From contig CAVPSJ010000013.1 of the NCBI GenBank assembly GCA_963708295.1, positions 192,001 through 256,000 of the forward strand: a DNA stretch of 64,000 nucleotides. Reading direction: 5' to 3'. The notes under the pieces are model-generated. The model made no database searches, had not been told where the DNA came from, and saw only the letters and a program-made list of their open reading frames with translations. Position 1 is the first letter of the stretch; each line of letters begins with the position of its first letter. The DNA is from an uncultured delta proteobacterium. GTDB taxonomy: Bacteria > Desulfobacterota > BSN033 > UBA1163. The position numbers and the translations under genes are program-made. Positions 9,461 through 19,304 of this stretch are shown here, piece after piece.

Positions 9461-11523
9461 TGAAAGAACTTCTTTTGGAAATCGGGGCAGAGGAGATTCC
9501 AGCAGGGTTTGTTCCGCAGGCCTTGATCGATCTGGAGAAGATCGTCCAAAAAGAACTCGAAGCAAGCCGAATCGATTTCAACGGGATAAGGACTCTGGGG
9601 ACTCCCAGACGGCTCGTCCTGGTGATCACCTCCGTGGCGGAAAAGCAGAGAGACGAAGAGACGAAGAAGATAGGCCCTTCGAAACAAGCTGCCTTTGACG
9701 CGAAGGGAAACCCCACGAAAGCAGCCATCGGTTTCGCCAAAGGTCAGTCCGTTCCTATTGAATCCCTGACCGTGGTTCAAACCGAGAAGGGCGAGTATGT
9801 CTGCGCTGTGAAGAAGGAACAAGGGAGACCGACGGTCGAGCTCCTCTCTGCATTTCTCCCCAAGTGGATACTCTCCATTCCTTTCCAGAAATCGATGCGC
9901 TGGGCGGACATTCCCATTCGATTTGCGAGGCCCATTCACTGGATATTAGCCCTCTTCGGCGGAGAAGTGGTCCCTTTCGAGGTGGGGAATATCCGAAGCG
10001 GGGATAGCACTTATGGCCATCGATTCATGCACTCCGGGCCTGTTCCCGTGAAGGATTTTCAATCCTATCTTCAAAAGACAAGAGAAGCCTTTGTGATTGT
10101 CGATCCTGCGGAGCGGAAGAAAAAGATTGAGGATGAGATGATTCGAGAGGGGGCCAGAGTGTCAGGAAGGATCATCAAAGATGAAGATCTCCTCAACGAG
10201 GTCAATTTCCTAGTGGAGTATCCGGTAGCCTTATGCGGAACGTTTGACCGCAAATTTCTTTCCCTTCCCCAGGAGATTCTCGTCCATTCGATGAAGGAAC
10301 ATCAGAGGTATTTTCCCGTATCGGATGACCATGGGAAATTGCTTTCCCATTTCGTCTGCGTCAGCAATATTGATCCAAAAAGTCGAGAGGTCGTGGTGAA
10401 GGGAAACGAGAGAGTCCTCAGGGCGAGGCTCTCGGATGCGGCTTTCTTCTTCGAAGATGATCTGAAGACTCCTCTCGACAACAGGGTAGAGCAGATGAAG
10501 AAGGTGGTTTTTCAGGCAAAGCTGGGGACTTCCTACGAGAAGATGACGCGGTTTAAACAATTGGCGTTATGGCTGACAGAAAGAATTGACCCCAAGCTGC
10601 GGGAAGCGGTTGAAAGAACCTCTCACTTATGCAAGGCCGATTTGGTGACCGGCATGGTCGGGGAGTTTCCAAAACTTCAGGGGATTGTGGGAAAGGAGTA
10701 TGCCCGCTTGTCCAATGAAAGGCCGGAGGTTTCGGAAGCGATCTATGAGCACTACCTCCCCGCTTTCGCGGGAGACCGGCTGCCCTCCGGCCCCATTGGA
10801 GATATCGTCAGCATCGCGGACAAAATGGATACCGTGGTGGGCTGCTTCGGAGTGGGTCTCGTGCCCACGGGAACGGCCGATCCTTTTGGGTTAAGACGAC
10901 AGGCGTTGGGAATCCTCCGGATTATCGTTGACAAAAAATATTCTCTTTCCCTGAAAGAGTTGATCGGAGAAAGTGAAGAACAGTTGAAAGGGAAGATGGA
11001 GCGTCCCGTTGAACGGGTAAGAGAAGAGGTTCTTGATTTCTTTCGAGTCCGTTATCAAAATGTCTTGCTGGACAGGGGAATCCCCTTTGATGTGACGGAA
11101 GCGGTGCTCTCGATTTCGTTTGATGACCTGGTGGACGTTCAGGGCAGAATCGACGCTTTGAAGAAGGCAAGAGAATGGAAGGATTTTGAATCGATTGTCA
11201 TTGCCTTTAAAAGGGCGATGAATATCTTGAAGGGGGCTCCTCCAAAAGGACAAATCGTCCCATCCCTTCTTGCCGAAGCCGCGGAGCAGAACCTCTACCA
11301 GTCTTTTCTCAACGCGAGGGAAAAGATCGGTTCCCTCCTGAATAAAAGAGACTATCCCTCTGCGCTCCTCGAAATGACCCAAATGAAGAAGCCGATCGAT
11401 GAATTCTTCGAGGGAGTCATGGTGATGGTGGAAGATGAGAAAATCCGGAATAATCGGCTTGCCCTGCTCGACGAGATCGGAAAACTCTTCCTCCGAATCG
11501 CCGACTTCTCGAAGCTCACCTGA
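9457..11523 (+). CDS. glyS: Glycine-tRNA ligase beta subunit
   Basis: LLLEIGAEEIPA, TPRRL, KSMRW, VLRARLSDAAFF, DPFGLRRQALG, IRNNRLALL, ADFSKL. Confidence 0.97.
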   Translation: MMKELLLEIGAEEIPAGFVPQALIDLEKIVQKELEASRIDFNGIRTLGTPRRLVLVITSVAEKQRDEETKKIGPSKQAAFDAKGNPTKAAIGFAKGQSVPIESLTVVQTEKGEYVCAVKKEQGRPTVELLSAFLPKWILSIPFQKSMRWADIPIRFARPIHWILALFGGEVVPFEVGNIRSGDSTYGHRFMHSGPVPVKDFQSYLQKTREAFVIVDPAERKKKIEDEMIREGARVSGRIIKDEDLLNEVNFLVEYPVALCGTFDRKFLSLPQEILVHSMKEHQRYFPVSDDHGKLLSHFVCVSNIDPKSREVVVKGNERVLRARLSDAAFFFEDDLKTPLDNRVEQMKKVVFQAKLGTSYEKMTRFKQLALWLTERIDPKLREAVERTSHLCKADLVTGMVGEFPKLQGIVGKEYARLSNERPEVSEAIYEHYLPAFAGDRLPSGPIGDIVSIADKMDTVVGCFGVGLVPTGTADPFGLRRQALGILRIIVDKKYSLSLKELIGESEEQLKGKMERPVERVREEVLDFFRVRYQNVLLDRGIPFDVTEAVLSISFDDLVDVQGRIDALKKAREWKDFESIVIAFKRAMNILKGAPPKGQIVPSLLAEAAEQNLYQSFLNAREKIGSLLNKRDYPSALLEMTQMKKPIDEFFEGVMVMVEDEKIRNNRLALLDEIGKLFLRIADFSKLT

Positions 11524-11836
11524 TTACCAGTTTTTCTCCCTCAATTCTCCCTTTTGGCTGCCCCCGGCAGGGAAATGACGCAAATAGGAAGGTACTCCTC
11601 CCTCCCTTTAGTAAAGGGAGGTGGGGGGGATTTGGGAAAGCTTTTTTGAGGCAACTTCCACCTACTAATCCTTACACCGAAGTGGCCATAGGGGTTATCG
11701 ATTACTAAGGAAAAGCCATGATTTCACGGAGAAGAAATGGAAACAGTTAAAACTAAATATCTGAATGTATCAATTTATCAATTCAAGATTCCGTTTAACC
11801 AGCCGCCCTTCATCTCAATGCACTAACCATAGGCTT

Positions 11837-12268
11837 TCATTTAAACTTCTTAATAATTTCCTCTTTTATCTTTTCGATGGGAATTTTCTGATCGTGGAGT
11901 TTCTTTGACAAGAGGGCCTCCTCTTGGCATATCCTTCACCCAACACCATGGTCATCGACAAAACAGTCTAAAAGATTTTCATGGCCAACAGCCTCGCAAC
12001 CGCAGAAACAGGGTAGCTGGGCCAGAATTTCAGGAATTTCCTTTGCTACCTGATAACCCTTTCGATCCTCGCCCTTAATAATGTTTGGATCAAGGGTTTT
12101 GGGTAATCCAGTCTTTGGATCGGTCATCTTTGCTTTTAAAACCTTAAAGGCTTTTGCATCATCCGTCTTTTGTGCGAAACTTTTCGACCATCCTCCGTTA
12201 ATCAATAAAAAGCTAATGGCGAGAATAGGGAATAGCAAAATTAAATAAGGTGTTTTCTTTTTCACCAT
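11837..12268 (-). CDS. Exported PCYCGC/CYCxC-motif protein, probable selenoprotein (UGA at 11936-11938 read as Sec)
   Basis: Signal peptide; LPCFCGC...GHENLLDCF..DHGVG-TGA-RICQEEALLSKKLHDQKIPIEKIKEEIIKKFK-stop at 11837. Readthrough gives UxxC and 32 more residues conserved in the paralog; bSECIS-like hairpin follows. Confidence 0.85.
11906..11929 (-). promoter_or_regulatory. Putative bacterial SECIS hairpin
   Basis: mRNA UG-C-CAAGAGG-AGGC-CCUCUUG-U-CA; the apical loop starts 16 nt after the UGA and has G at position 2. Confidence 0.7.
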
Positions 12269-12375
12269 AGTGGTCTCCTTCCTTTATGAGTTTCGTGGGC
12301 ATTGGCTGGAGTCTACCTGATTGTATGTTATGAAAGCAAAAGCTGTCCTATGTGTCCCGCTTTTTTCTTGGCATT

Positions 12376-12690
12376 CTATTTCTTATGGCATTTTTGGCAG
12401 TTAGCCTGTTCGCTCGATTTGAATGCCCCCTGACCATTGTGGCAGACCCCGCAGTACTTTCCCTCATTTATCTCACTCATGGTGAACTTTGTGTCTTTCT
12501 TCATCGGGAAGATCTTTGGATGGCAGTCTGCGCATTTCAATCCCTTGTCCGCATGGATTTTTCCGTCAAATATAACCTTGCCGGAGGACCCTCCTGCGAA
12601 ATCTACCGTCTTCCCGGGGGAAACAGCAAGGCCAGTCCCTGCAAACGCAACTGTAATGACTAGAGTTAGAAAAAACTGTAATGACCGCAT
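12376..12690 (-). CDS. Periplasmic triheme c7-type cytochrome c
   Basis: Signal peptide; three CxxCH motifs (CADCH, CGVCH, CQKCH) with GKVIFDGKIH and FTMSEINEGKYC typical of c7-type triheme domains. Confidence 0.9.
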   Translation of the reverse strand: MRSLQFFLTLVITVAFAGTGLAVSPGKTVDFAGGSSGKVIFDGKIHADKGLKCADCHPKIFPMKKDTKFTMSEINEGKYCGVCHNGQGAFKSSEQANCQKCHKK

Positions 12691-12992
12691 TCCGTGCCTC
12701 CTTTCTCAGCTCCACTCCTTTTTTATCTCTGCACCCAAACGCATTGAAACTGAGATCAACTGTTCGGATCAGTGCGAAAAAGTGAACACGATCTTCCCCC
12801 CGGCGGCCCCACTGTCATTCGACACATCGTCTCGTTATCCGAGGAGGCAACTCATTTCAAACTGCCTCCTTTTACACGACCCAACTGACCAATCGTTTTA
12901 TCTCCCAACGATCATAACTCTGACGGAGCCTTCGAACGGATCTGTAGCCAGGTTTTTTCGGACTTGCGAATATATTCGTTCGCTTCCGCACT

Positions 12993-13433
12993 CTATTTCA
13001 TCATGCCCCCTTTCATTTTCATGCCCTCATCCATCATCATCTGGCCTTCTTTCATCATCGTGTCGCCTTGCTTCATCATCATGTTTTTATCCATTTTACC
13101 TTCCTTCATCATCTTTCCGTCCTTTGTCATCATCTTTCCATTTTTCATCATCATTTCGTCTTTCATCTTTTTCCCTTCTTTCTCCATCATCTGGCCTTCT
13201 TTCATCATCATCTCGCCCTCTTTCATCATCGTGTTCTTATCCATCATGCCTTCCTTCATCATTTTACCCTTATCCATCATCATCTGCCCCTTATCCGTCA
13301 TCATGTCGCCCTGTTTCATCATCATATCCTTATCCATCATTTTTTCTGCGGCTTGTGAGAAGTTGACCCCGATGGAAAGCATCAGGACTATCGTGGAAAT
13401 AACTACCGTGGCTGATACAAATATCTTTTTCAC
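12993..13433 (-). CDS. Exported methionine-rich repeat protein (putative Cu/Ag-binding)
   Basis: Signal peptide ending SQA-AEK, then about 40 Met in about 115 residues in MMMKEG(Q/E/K)-like heptad units; AGGAGG RBS upstream of the GTG start. Confidence 0.8.
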   Translation of the reverse strand: MKKIFVSATVVISTIVLMLSIGVNFSQAAEKMMDKDMMMKQGDMMTDKGQMMMDKGKMMKEGMMDKNTMMKEGEMMMKEGQMMEKEGKKMKDEMMMKNGKMMTKDGKMMKEGKMDKNMMMKQGDTMMKEGQMMMDEGMKMKGGMMK

Positions 13434-13507
13434 GGCAAGTCCTCCTTTTGTTATTTAGTAAGTCCATCTAAAATGTACCAAGAATTGTTTCATGCCCTTT
13501 CAGGTTC

Positions 13508-13702
13508 TTACTTTCGTTTCATCATATAAGCGACAACCAAAACAACGAGAATTACGATAACGATCCCGAAAACCCATCCATAGCCCATTCCCCATCCCCA
13601 ACCACCACCCATCATGCCACCACCTTGACCGCTGCTCATCTGGGCAAATGCTGAAATACTAAAACCAAACAAAACCGTTAAGACAATCATTAATCTTTTC
13701 AT
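13508..13702 (-). CDS. Small exported/membrane protein with a Gly/Met/Trp-rich segment
   Basis: MKRLMIVLTVLFGFSISAFA signal, QMSSGQGGGMMGGGWGWGMG, C-terminal TM helix followed by KRK; GGAGG RBS. Confidence 0.7.
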   Translation of the reverse strand: MKRLMIVLTVLFGFSISAFAQMSSGQGGGMMGGGWGWGMGYGWVFGIVIVILVVLVVAYMMKRK

Positions 13703-13882
13703 CTTCTTCCTCCGCAGCAAAGTTTGGTGTGAATCGAGTTGGATTGACTACGGCATCGTTGACCACCTCCTTCCTTATTATATTCCCTCTTTGTAAGTGT
13801 AGAAGATAAAATGCTTGCCGCCGAGACTCTTAGAATTGGGAACCCGAGTCTATCAGCTAAAATACCATCTCTCCGGAGAACC

Positions 13883-13898
13883 TGCAAGCAGAATGCCT
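13883..13898 (-). promoter_or_regulatory. Possible sigma-54 (-24/-12) promoter for the Met-rich/cytochrome/selenoprotein genes
   Basis: Minus strand AGGCATTCTGCTTGCA, GG-N10-GC spacing; imperfect match to TGGCAC. Confidence 0.35.
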
Positions 13899-14028
13899 GA
13901 TCACTGTCGTTACAGTGAATAGATTCAAAAAAAACCTCTGTCCAACAAAAAATTGCCTTCAGGAAATTTGACAATATCAAATATCGTAGGTTGGAGTAAA
14001 TTCTCAATTGAGAAAAAAGGTATAGGTG

Positions 14029-14456
14029 ATGGTTGAAAATAAAAACATCATTCAGTTTTTATACTTCTCCTGTTTGCCTTTTGCCTAACGATGATTAACA
14101 TAGAAAGTTCTAAAGCCATCGCACAGGAAACAAATCCAGACGCTTTTAAGATTATGAAGGAAAAGGCGATCAATCCAAAAACTGGATTACCGAAAACTCT
14201 TGATCCCAACCTCTTTAAAGGAAAGGCCAACGTAGCTTACCCGATAGCAAAGAAAATTCCTGAAATTCTCTCACAGATGCCTTGTTTCTGCGAATGTGAG
14301 CCTTATGGCCATGAAAATCTTTTAGATTGTTTTATTGATAGGCATGGAGCTGGGTGAATGATATGTCAAGAGGAGGCCCTCTTAACAAAACGATTACACG
14401 ATGAATATATTCCCCCTAATAAAATTAAAGAAGAAATTATAAAGAAGTTCAAATAA
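14029..14456 (+). CDS. Second exported PCYCGC/CYCxC-motif protein, probable selenoprotein (UGA at 14355-14357)
   Basis: MPCFCECEPYGHENLLDCFIDRHGAG-TGA-MICQEEALLTKRLHDEYIPPNKIKEEIIKKFK-TAA. ATG 14029 (MVENK) joins the signal peptide frame only if the A-run at 14041-14045 has one more A (likely consensus error). Confidence 0.82.
14364..14387 (+). promoter_or_regulatory. Putative bacterial SECIS hairpin
   Basis: UGU-C-AAGAGG-AGGC-CCUCUU-A-ACA; same loop and same distance from UGA as in the paralog. Confidence 0.7.
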
Positions 14457-14612
14457 CTTCAGGGCATTCTGTTACACAAAACCAAAATACCCCTACCATA
14501 CTCAATTCCCTGAATAAAAAAGCCGTCCTGACCCCAGGTTTCGAGAAAATTCGCTCTTGGCCAGTTAAAATCTTCTCCCCCCCACGGAGTCGAGACGGCA
14601 ATTTCCACTTCC

Positions 14613-15260
14613 CTATTTGCTTCTGGGCAGAACCTCAAAGGAGTCAAGGATTGTTTTTAGATCCTGCCGGTCGTTTGATCCAGGTTTTTCCACGATCATG
14701 TAGAGTATGAAAATCTGGTATGGCTCCGAAAAGCCATAGATCCATCCCTGCTCCCGCTTCACACCCTTCAACGTGTAAGTGACGTATTTTTTTGCCGCAT
14801 ATTGAACACCCTTCAGGGATATGGCTTCTGTGGGAGCGGTCTCCACCCGGACACCTTCCTTACGCCAATCCTCCTCAATGGTGTTTGCCCCCAGACCGAC
14901 CAGGGTTTCCATTCCCTTCTGGCTGGCGACATAGCCGGGATTCGCAGGACTAAAGTCAACCTGGACGCTTGACTCGGTCACCGGATTAAAAGTATACAAC
15001 TCGGTTTGCTCCTTATCGGAGGGACTCGGCTTGTAATAGCCGAATTCCGTCAAGAAGTCCGGAAACTCTGTCGTCATCTTCCATGGAGCAGCCGCTAAAA
15101 TCTTGAAAGGATAACGGATCCCCGTAAATTGATTTCCTTCAACTTGACCGGCCGGAACTTTCAGGTTTTCCTGCATTGCCTGACGAACAGGAGGTGCTAC
15201 CGCACATCCGGCAAGGAAAAAAAGAACCAGAGACATCAGCAGAATTGTTCTCTTTCTCAT
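14613..15260 (-). CDS. Hypothetical lipoprotein
   Basis: MRKRTILLMSLVLFFLAGC lipobox; GGAGG RBS upstream of ATG 15260. Confidence 0.75.
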   Translation of the reverse strand: MRKRTILLMSLVLFFLAGCAVAPPVRQAMQENLKVPAGQVEGNQFTGIRYPFKILAAAPWKMTTEFPDFLTEFGYYKPSPSDKEQTELYTFNPVTESSVQVDFSPANPGYVASQKGMETLVGLGANTIEEDWRKEGVRVETAPTEAISLKGVQYAAKKYVTYTLKGVKREQGWIYGFSEPYQIFILYMIVEKPGSNDRQDLKTILDSFEVLPRSK

Positions 15261-15646
15261 ACTTACCCTCCGCAAAACTTTTCCTATGGATATCATAACA
15301 TAAATTCCAGAACAAAATGATCTTTCCTTAAGAGGTGGCGTTTCGGGCTAAAGAAGCTGTGTTATATTCCCGACAGCCAGGTTATGTAGCCACCGCATAA
15401 AAATGAGAATGTGTTACTTAACTACTTTCAGGGCCTCGTCACACGAAAGCAGAACGTCCCCGAGACCCGTCTGGCGCCGTATCGCAAAAGTAAGCCTATA
15501 TCAATACCTCAATTGAGAAAGATTGGCTTTTAACAATTAGTATTTGAAAGGTAGTACCGAAGGACGAAAGTTAAAAATCACGACTTCAGGAAGGAGGCAA
15601 TGACAAATGTTACAGTGCCTGTAAGCTTGACCACTGACTTTAACGG

Positions 15647-16049
15647 CTAAAGCCGGACAATCTTGATTTCTTTCTCCATGACCTTAAACTCAGGGTCTCC
15701 GGTGTAAAGCTCCGCTTTCTTCAGGCGTGCGAGAGCGACGGCAAAACAATCCGCGTAGGCCATCCGTCTTGTCGCCTTCACGCGTGCAACTTCACGGGTC
15801 AGCTCCTTGTTTGCCTCGACGAGGGTGATCGGTAGGGTTTGAATGATCTGCTCGATTTCTTGTGCTTTTTGGTCGCCAAACCGCCTCATCACCTGATAAT
15901 TAAACCTCTCCCCAGTTCACGATGCACATTAGGAGAGGATTAGAGGACTCAACAGCTTTATCGAAGAGGTCAATGACCTTTTCATACCCGGGGTCTTGCT
16001 CTAAATAGCAGAGAAGAGCCCAGCTATCGAGAACCTTTGCGACGGCCAA
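15647..16049 (-). CDS. vapC: PIN-domain (VapC-type) toxin, interrupted by a 1-nt frameshift near 15900
   Basis: KVLDSWALLCYL...VNWGEV|YYQVMRR...MAYADCFAVALA...LYTGDPEF; one extra A in GTTTAATTATCAG splits the frame. Confidence 0.8.
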
Positions 16050-16284
16050 TTTTTGCCTCCTCTCGCGAGAGCTCCTCGGCCCTGGTTTCCTCCAATGCTT
16101 TGACGAGTCCACCTCTTTTTAGAATGCCACTCATCTTCTGAAAGTATTCCTTATTTAGCGGGCGAAGGATGATTTCCCCTTTTCGCTCTTCGACATAGAG
16201 TTTGGTTCCCTTCTTGATTCGCAGACGATGTCGAATCTTCGCCGGGATCACAATCTGCCCTTTGACTGTTACAGCCGTTTCCAT
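16024..16284 (-). CDS. AbrB/MazE/SpoVT-family antitoxin
   Basis: METAVTVKGQIVIPAKIRHRLRIKKGTKLYVEE...IILRP; overlaps the PIN toxin start. Confidence 0.88.
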   Translation of the reverse strand: METAVTVKGQIVIPAKIRHRLRIKKGTKLYVEERKGEIILRPLNKEYFQKMSGILKRGGLVKALEETRAEELSREEAKIGRRKGSR

Positions 16285-16433
16285 ATAACTCTCCAATATT
16301 ACTTCACCTGGTATGTATGCCATATTTTATAAGTCAATAATAAATTAGTAATATATTATTAACTATGTACTACAATTGACACCAAGCTTCGAATTTTGTT
16401 AAGAAAATCTACAATGGCGGCGGAGAGAAAAAA

Positions 16434-17978
16434 GTGACTGAAACACTGAGCGCTCTTATTGATCAGACGGCAATCCGGGAAGGTCAAGAAGAAGCCATCC
16501 TTTTCTTAAGAAAGGGGAAGCTCGAAAGCCGGGTGACCTACTTGTCCCTTAAAAGGATTTCTGACCGGGTCGCATCCGGATTGAAGGAAATGGGGCTGGA
16601 GAGGGGGGATCGAGTCATCCTCTATATGCCCAAGAGCGCCGAGGCAGTGATGATGCATCTGGGGATCCAAAAGGCCGGAGGAGTCTCCGTGATCCTTAAC
16701 CCTGGATTTAAGAAGGACGAAATGGCTTATTTTTTGAAGGATTCCGATGCAAGGATCGTCGTTGTGGGTAAGGCGGAAGAAACCTTGATCCGATCTCTGG
16801 GTGCTGAAAGGCTAATCCTGTCGGTCGATACAGAGTCGCCTTTTTCGGAAGGGAAATTATTTCCGTCCTCTCCCCAATGGACATCCCTTCCCCGGGGAAG
16901 CCTCGACGATCCTGCCATCCTCATCTATACTTCGGGAACAACCGGCCAACCCAAAGGAGCGATCCTCACCCAGCGGAACTTGATCCAGGATGCCAGGAAT
17001 ATCATTCAGATCTGGGAGATTTCCGAGAGAGACACTCTCTGCCACGCTCTTCCGCTTTTCCACATTCACGGCTTATGTTTTGCTCTCCACACGTCATTCA
17101 TCGCAGGCGCCAAGATCGTGATGCTGAATGAGTTCTCCGGCGAGCAGGTCAATGACGTTCTCTCCCGTCAGGGAGGAGAACTGGCCTGCACGATATTCAT
17201 GGGTGTGCCGACCATGTATGTAAAGATGATGGGCGGATTAGAAAAGGAAAACCGGGATTTTAACCACATTCGACTGCTGGCTTCGGGTTCTGCCCCGCTG
17301 CCACCGAGAGAATTTGAGAGGATCAGGAAGATTTTTGGGAAGGAGCCCGTGGAGAGGGAGGGCATGTCCGAGACAGGAATGAATTTTTCTAATCCGCTCA
17401 GGGATAAGAAGAAGCCCGGTTCCATCGGCCTTCCGCTCCCTGGCGTCGAAGTCAGAATTGTGGACCCCGAAAGCTTCAAAGACTTAGGCGCGGGCGAGGT
17501 GGGAGAGATCTGGTTAAAGGGGCCTAACGTCACCCCGGGCTATTGGCGGAAGCCCCGGGAGACGGAAGCCGCCTTCGTGAACGGATGGTTTCGTACGGGC
17601 GATCTCGGCAGAAAAGACGAGGAGGGTTACTACACGATCACGGATCGTTTGAAACACATCATCATTTGCGGAGGAGAAAATATCTCACCCAAGGAGGTGG
17701 AATCCGTTCTTGACCGGCACCCGGAAATATCCGAGTCCTGTGTGGTAGGGATCCCGGATGAAAAGTGGGGGGAAAAAGTGGTGGCTGGAATCGTTTTAAG
17801 GCCCGGAGTGACACCCGCCGTTGATGAAATAAGAAAATTCTGTAAGGAACGCCTCTTAGACTGGAAATGCCCCAAAGAGTTCATATTCTTAAAAGAGCTT
17901 CCGAGAAACAGGATGGGAAAAATCTTGAAAGAGGACGTCGTCAGACAGTTTACGAAATCAAGCCGTCACCAGAGATAG
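16434..17978 (+). CDS. Acyl-CoA synthetase (AMP-forming, malonyl-CoA synthetase MatB-like)
   Basis: YTSGTTGQPKG, HALPLFHIHGL, EREGMSETG, WFRTGDLG, LPRNRMGKILK. Confidence 0.88.
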   Translation: MTETLSALIDQTAIREGQEEAILFLRKGKLESRVTYLSLKRISDRVASGLKEMGLERGDRVILYMPKSAEAVMMHLGIQKAGGVSVILNPGFKKDEMAYFLKDSDARIVVVGKAEETLIRSLGAERLILSVDTESPFSEGKLFPSSPQWTSLPRGSLDDPAILIYTSGTTGQPKGAILTQRNLIQDARNIIQIWEISERDTLCHALPLFHIHGLCFALHTSFIAGAKIVMLNEFSGEQVNDVLSRQGGELACTIFMGVPTMYVKMMGGLEKENRDFNHIRLLASGSAPLPPREFERIRKIFGKEPVEREGMSETGMNFSNPLRDKKKPGSIGLPLPGVEVRIVDPESFKDLGAGEVGEIWLKGPNVTPGYWRKPRETEAAFVNGWFRTGDLGRKDEEGYYTITDRLKHIIICGGENISPKEVESVLDRHPEISESCVVGIPDEKWGEKVVAGIVLRPGVTPAVDEIRKFCKERLLDWKCPKEFIFLKELPRNRMGKILKEDVVRQFTKSSRHQR

Positions 17979-18012
17979 CCGCAGGAGCGAGAGATTGTCT
18001 GGGAGTGCTTCG

Positions 18013-18797
18013 ATGAAAGCAAGTTGGGAAGATGAATATTCGATCTCCTTTCACCAGGTGGATACGAAGAACGAGGTGTTCCTGCCGGTCCTTTGGAGTT
18101 TCATGCAGGAAACCGCCTGGCATCATGCCGATCACCTGCGTTTGGGATATTCCGATCTGATGGAGAAACAGTATATCTGGGTACTGTCCCGTTTGTCGGT
18201 TCAGATGGAGGAATATCCCCGCTGGGGAGACCGGATCCGGGTAAAGACCTGGTTGGCGGGGACAGGCCGTCTCTTTGCCCTTCGTCAATTCTCGATCGCT
18301 GATTTATCGGGCAAGATTCTGGGGACCGCCCGGAGCGCCTGGTTGGTCCTCGATCTGAAGAGCCGGAAGCCTCAGAAGATTGAGCCTTTTTTCAAACATC
18401 TCCGGCATCTGTTCGATCATCTTCCTCCCGCCGAGGAGCCTGAAAAGCTTCCAGCCCCTGTCCGGCCAACATCGGAGAAATCTTATGAAGTCCGTTACAG
18501 CGATATCGATATTCACCATCACGTCAACAACATCAATTACATTGAATGGGTTCTGGACAGTGTTCCCCTTGAGATGAACCGAACCCATCAGGTTCATACG
18601 TTCGAGATCAACTTTCTTGCCGAATCTTCCTGCGAGGATGTCCTATCGATCCAGACGGAGATCCTTCGGGAATCTCCCCCTGTTCTTCTTCACTGCGTTT
18701 CCAGGGAAGGGGGGACAAGGAGTTATGCCGTGCGAGAACAGGATGGAAAAAGGTGAACCGCCATGAGCGAGACGGAGAAGAGAAGCATCCCCAGTAA
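18013..18797 (+). CDS. Acyl-ACP thioesterase (double hotdog); probable frameshift in the G-run at ~18709-18714
   Basis: WVLSRLSVQMEEYPRWGD, VRYSDIDIHHHVNNINYIEW; the family-like ending DKELCRARTGW lies in another frame after GGGGGG, ending at TAA 18797. Confidence 0.82.
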
Positions 18798-19232
18798 AGT
18801 CGCCTTTCCGGTCCTATTCGTCTTTGTTGGGCCCCGGCTTGTCAAAAATGGGGTAAAGTGGGAAGAACCAGTCCTTACCGTCGATACGCTCGGAGCACTG
18901 AGTCTCCCATAACGAGAGAATTACCCACCCAAGCTACCTCAGTGTAAAAGATAGAAAAATCCTTCCTCTTAAAGTCTAACCCAAGATAGCCGGAATTTTT
19001 CCATCACTGCACCGCGCCCTAAGCGGATTGCCTATAGGGCCCCCGGCCTTCAGGAGTGAGGCAGACTACGGTGCGTTGGCGGGCAGAGATGGACCCAACG
19101 AGAATCATGATCATCAAAAATGAGTCAACAGCGCAGCATAAGTGACAATTTTGGGCACAGTGGATATCTAGTGGCAATTCTTGATTGGCCAATAAATCTG
19201 TTTTTTCAGTAAGTTGCATCCTTGAACTCTGG

Positions 19233-19248
19233 TGGTACATAAATTGCA
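19233..19248 (+). promoter_or_regulatory. Putative sigma-54 promoter
   Basis: TGGTACATAAATTGCA, GG-N10-GC, 57 nt upstream of ATG 19305. Confidence 0.5.
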
Positions 19249-19304
19249 TATGTAAATACTAGTAAAGTCAGGTTAAATCGCAACCAAAGGCGACGGTCAA
19301 GAGG

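Noticed and set aside
12770-12830. Minus-strand peptide DSGAAGGKIVFTFSH resembling a cytochrome c N-terminal motif
   Set aside because: It is too short, is followed by a stop and has no CxxCH; it cannot be told apart from chance.
12437-13458. Long plus-strand ORFs (309, 164 and 96 aa; Ser-, Ile/Phe- and His-rich)
   Set aside because: They are antisense shadows of the ATG-rich Met-repeat gene, which has the RBS and signal peptide.
15330-15400. c-di-GMP-I riboswitch-like tail (GGGCTAAAG...GACAGCCAGGTT), with a similar trace near 18975-18995
   Set aside because: The GCAAA/GAAA P2 core is missing, and the 15330 copy does not lead into a plus-strand gene.
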